From an uncultured bacterium (GTDB lineage Bacteria > Acidobacteriota > Thermoanaerobaculia > Multivoradales > JAHZIX01), in the NCBI GenBank assembly GCA_965368975.1, contig CBDUPA010000046.1, positions 1 through 17,240 of the forward strand: a stretch of DNA of 17,240 nucleotides, in the 5' to 3' direction. The notes under the pieces were generated by a model. It was not told the DNA's origin, ran no database searches, and worked only from the letters and a program-made list of their open reading frames with translations. Of the stretch, positions 15,184 to 17,240 are shown piece after piece. Each line of letters begins with the position of its first letter. The first letter of the stretch is position 1. The translations under genes were made by a program, and so were the position numbers.

Positions 15184-15750
15184 TCAGCGAACGGCGACGA
15201 CACGTCGAAGTTTCTGGCGTGCCTGGTGGATGAGATAGGAAACATCGTTCACTTCACACTGAAGCTGTGCGGCGATATCCTTGTAAGGTAAGCCGCGAAC
15301 TGCAAAGAGAATCAAGGCAGTCTTCATCCTTCGAGGGAGCTTGGGGATCTCTTTTCGCACCGCCCTATAGCGCTCCATAGCCAGGGCTCTGTGTTCTGCA
15401 TCGACAGCCGAGTCAGCGAGCATCTTTCCGAACTCAGCATCCTCACCTTCTTCAAGAAGGGGAACCTGCACACCATCCCGTTTCTGTGCCCGCTGCCTGC
15501 GCCAAAACATCAGGCACTGCTTTTTAGCGATTCCGAAGAGCCAAGTCGATAGCAAGGCTTCTTCACGGAAGCTGGATAGATTCTCAACTGCCGCGACCAT
15601 TGCATCCTGCACGACATCCTCGGCCTCCTCAAGGCTGAGACCCTGCTTCCGAAAGTGAGCTACGAGGCTCGGGAAGTACTTCCAGAGTTGATCTTGATGC
15701 ACCAATAACCTACCTGCTTCAACCATCGAGTGACACAGCGAAACTACCAC
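15184..15750 (-). CDS. ECF (sigma-70 family, RpoE-like) RNA polymerase sigma factor
   Basis: Region 2 EAEDVVQD...F.EE.LLSTWLFGIAKK and region 4 LPRRMKTALILFAVRGLPYKDIAAQLQ...VSYLIHQARQKLR. The start is uncertain; ATG 15726 and GTG 15702 are alternatives. Confidence 0.94.
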   Translation of the reverse strand: MVVSLCHSMVEAGRLLVHQDQLWKYFPSLVAHFRKQGLSLEEAEDVVQDAMVAAVENLSSFREEALLSTWLFGIAKKQCLMFWRRQRAQKRDGVQVPLLEEGEDAEFGKMLADSAVDAEHRALAMERYRAVRKEIPKLPRRMKTALILFAVRGLPYKDIAAQLQCEVNDVSYLIHQARQKLRRVVAVR

Positions 15751-15981
15751 AGAGCCCTAGTTGGATGAGAGTCCTTGAGGCTGGAACGAAGGCGGGTTCC
15801 AGTTCGCTGTGCCGGGATTCGGCTAAATGTCCCCGAGATCGGGCGACAAATGCCGCCTCCCCGGCACGATCTCGCCGGTCGCCACGAATTCGTATGGGCA
15901 TCCCAGTTCGCGGATTCCGGGACCAGGCAACGAGACTGGCGAGGGTGTACGGTCCGCGGCCGGCGGTATCCGCCGGGGTGC

Positions 15982-16576
15982 CGAGGGCTGGCACCCTCGC
16001 TGCGGCAGGGGTGGACGAGGGTGGCACCCCAGGGGCGCCCTTGTTGTACCTCCGGCTTAATTATAAAATCGAAACGGAAAATGACGAGGCACCTTGGCAA
16101 GCGAGGCTGCTGCCAAGGGCTCTGGGTGACGGCGCATATCTTGTCGACCTCAGAGCCTGAGCGAGCGATCCCGAACTCGGGTAAGTGGCTATAGTTCCGA
16201 CGTTTAGCCAGACGGTGCGTCCGGGGTCACTCTGGTCGCTTGAGGGCCGATGGTCGGGATGATCGGAAAGATGTCCAAAAGTGCCGATAGCGCGGCGCCT
16301 CGGTTGTAATTCAGCCATGTAGAGCTTTGGAAGTAGCCGTCTCGTGGTACGAATAGGTGCAAGATTCATGTAATGAGGTAGGAAGGGCTGGCACCCGGGT
16401 GGAGACTGGTACGGCGAGGGTGGAGCGGGTGGGTACGAGGGGTGGCACCCCGTGCTTGACCGGCTTCGCGGAGTACCGGCTAGGGTACCCCGTCGGAGCA
16501 GGGCTGCATCGGCGGTCAGGCAGGCTGGACGGTGGCTTGAATGCAAGAGAAACGGCAGGGGTGCAGGTGGGTACCC
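15982..16576. repeat. Cluster of related palindromic GGG(C)TGGCACCC and GGGTACCC motifs
   Basis: AGGGCTGGCACCC at 15984 and 16384; ACGAGGG(G)TGGCACCCC at 16015 and 16435; GGGTACCC at 16483 and 16569. Confidence 0.7.
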
Positions 16577-16611
16577 GGCTCCCTCTGAGCCGATGGAGAC
16601 AGGCTGTCAGA

Positions 16612-17240
16612 TCAGGCAGCCAGAGAGGGAATATCGAGGATCTGGACGGCTTGGCGCTTGGCAGCGCCCCCTCGGCGGTCGTATCTACGGGTGGTGTCGG
16701 CATTGGCGTGGCCAGCGACTCGCTGGACGGTGAAGACATCGACGCCAGCATCCAGCAGGTGGGAAACGTTTGAACGTCTAAGATCGTGCGGCGAGAAGTG
16801 GTCTACGCCGGCTTGCTGCTGACGGCGGCGCAGGATGTAGGCGATGCAGCTGCCGCGCAGGCGGGTGTGGCGGACCTCACCGGTCTGGCGGATCGGGCAA
16901 AAGAGCGGGCCGGGCTCGTCGCCCCGGACGTTGAGCCAGGCGGCCAGGTACTGGCAGCCGGCATCGACCAGGTAAACCTGGCGCTCCTTGTTGCCTTTCC
17001 CGTGCACCAGGATCGCGCCCTCCTCCAGGTCGACATCGGCAACGTTGAGCCGGGCGACCTCGCCCCGGCGCAGGCCGCAGGCGTAGAGCACGGTGAGCAT
17101 GGCGGCATCGCGCGCGCCCTTGGGGCTGGCATCGCTGGTGCAGGAGCTGAACAACTGCACGATCTCAGGCATCTCCAGGGCGCGCCCGGCGGGCAACTTC
17201 GAGGCTCGCACGTTCGGCACCGACGCGGCGCGTTGGTAGG
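16612..17240 (-). CDS. Tyrosine recombinase/integrase (XerC/D-like catalytic domain), start beyond the right edge
   Basis: Complete catalytic set: RDAAMLTVLYACGLRRGE (R), HGKGNKER (K), PHDLRR (HxxR), AGHA (H), TTRRYD (Y). The frame stays open upstream of 17220 (..YQRAASVPNVR) to the window edge. Confidence 0.96.
   Translation of the reverse strand, partial: YQRAASVPNVRASKLPAGRALEMPEIVQLFSSCTSDASPKGARDAAMLTVLYACGLRRGEVARLNVADVDLEEGAILVHGKGNKERQVYLVDAGCQYLAAWLNVRGDEPGPLFCPIRQTGEVRHTRLRGSCIAYILRRRQQQAGVDHFSPHDLRRSNVSHLLDAGVDVFTVQRVAGHANADTTRRYDRRGGAAKRQAVQILDIPSLAA

Noticed and set aside
11261-15750. A true type III-E CRISPR (Craspase) locus
   Set aside because: No Cas7-11, Csx30/31 or array in view; the TPR-CHAT has a lipoprotein signal and the partner is a ZAS anti-sigma. 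It is an analogy only.
16356-16383. dif-like XerC/D site beginning GGTGC
   Set aside because: Only the first five bases match; there is no TTATGTTAAAT-like XerD arm.
15719-16773. Short ORFs on both strands between the sigma factor and the integrase
   Set aside because: Mutually overlapping, low-complexity translations with no recognisable motifs; better explained as non-coding GC-rich DNA or antisense to the integrase.
16612-17240. Gene symbol xerC/xerD
   Set aside because: The catalytic motifs identify the family only; the accessory context and missing N-terminus do not support orthology to chromosomal Xer recombinases.

Overview
All credible genes in this window lie on the minus strand. 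In transcription order (right to left) they are: (1) a tyrosine recombinase whose start lies beyond the right edge; (2) a GC-rich spacer with repeated palindromic motifs; (3) an ECF sigma factor, a zinc-finger membrane anti-sigma factor and a lipoprotein TPR-CHAT caspase-like protease; (4) a lower-GC five-gene operon encoding a cytoplasmic CHAT protease, a protein with an apparently degenerate STAND-like P-loop, a TRAFAC GTPase with one TM helix and a large C-terminal domain, a secreted Cys-rich protein with 9-aa tandem repeats, and a GAP1-N2-like single-pass membrane protein; (5) the 5' part of a large secreted Rhs/YD-type protein (1720 to beyond the left edge) that the ORF track misses. The most striking signal is a short motif, V-x-N-x2-[SA]-x-I-x3-[VF]-x2-GNIEN-[LF], shared between the extreme C-terminus of the CHAT protease and the N-terminus of the adjacent STAND-like protein. 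Its GNIEN core differs only at synonymous positions. This is the layout of amyloid-motif (BASS/RHIM-like) coupling between an effector and an NLR, here linked to a membrane-spanning GTPase module, and it suggests a candidate undescribed defence or cell-death signalling system. All family assignments come from motif recognition by eye, not from database searches.
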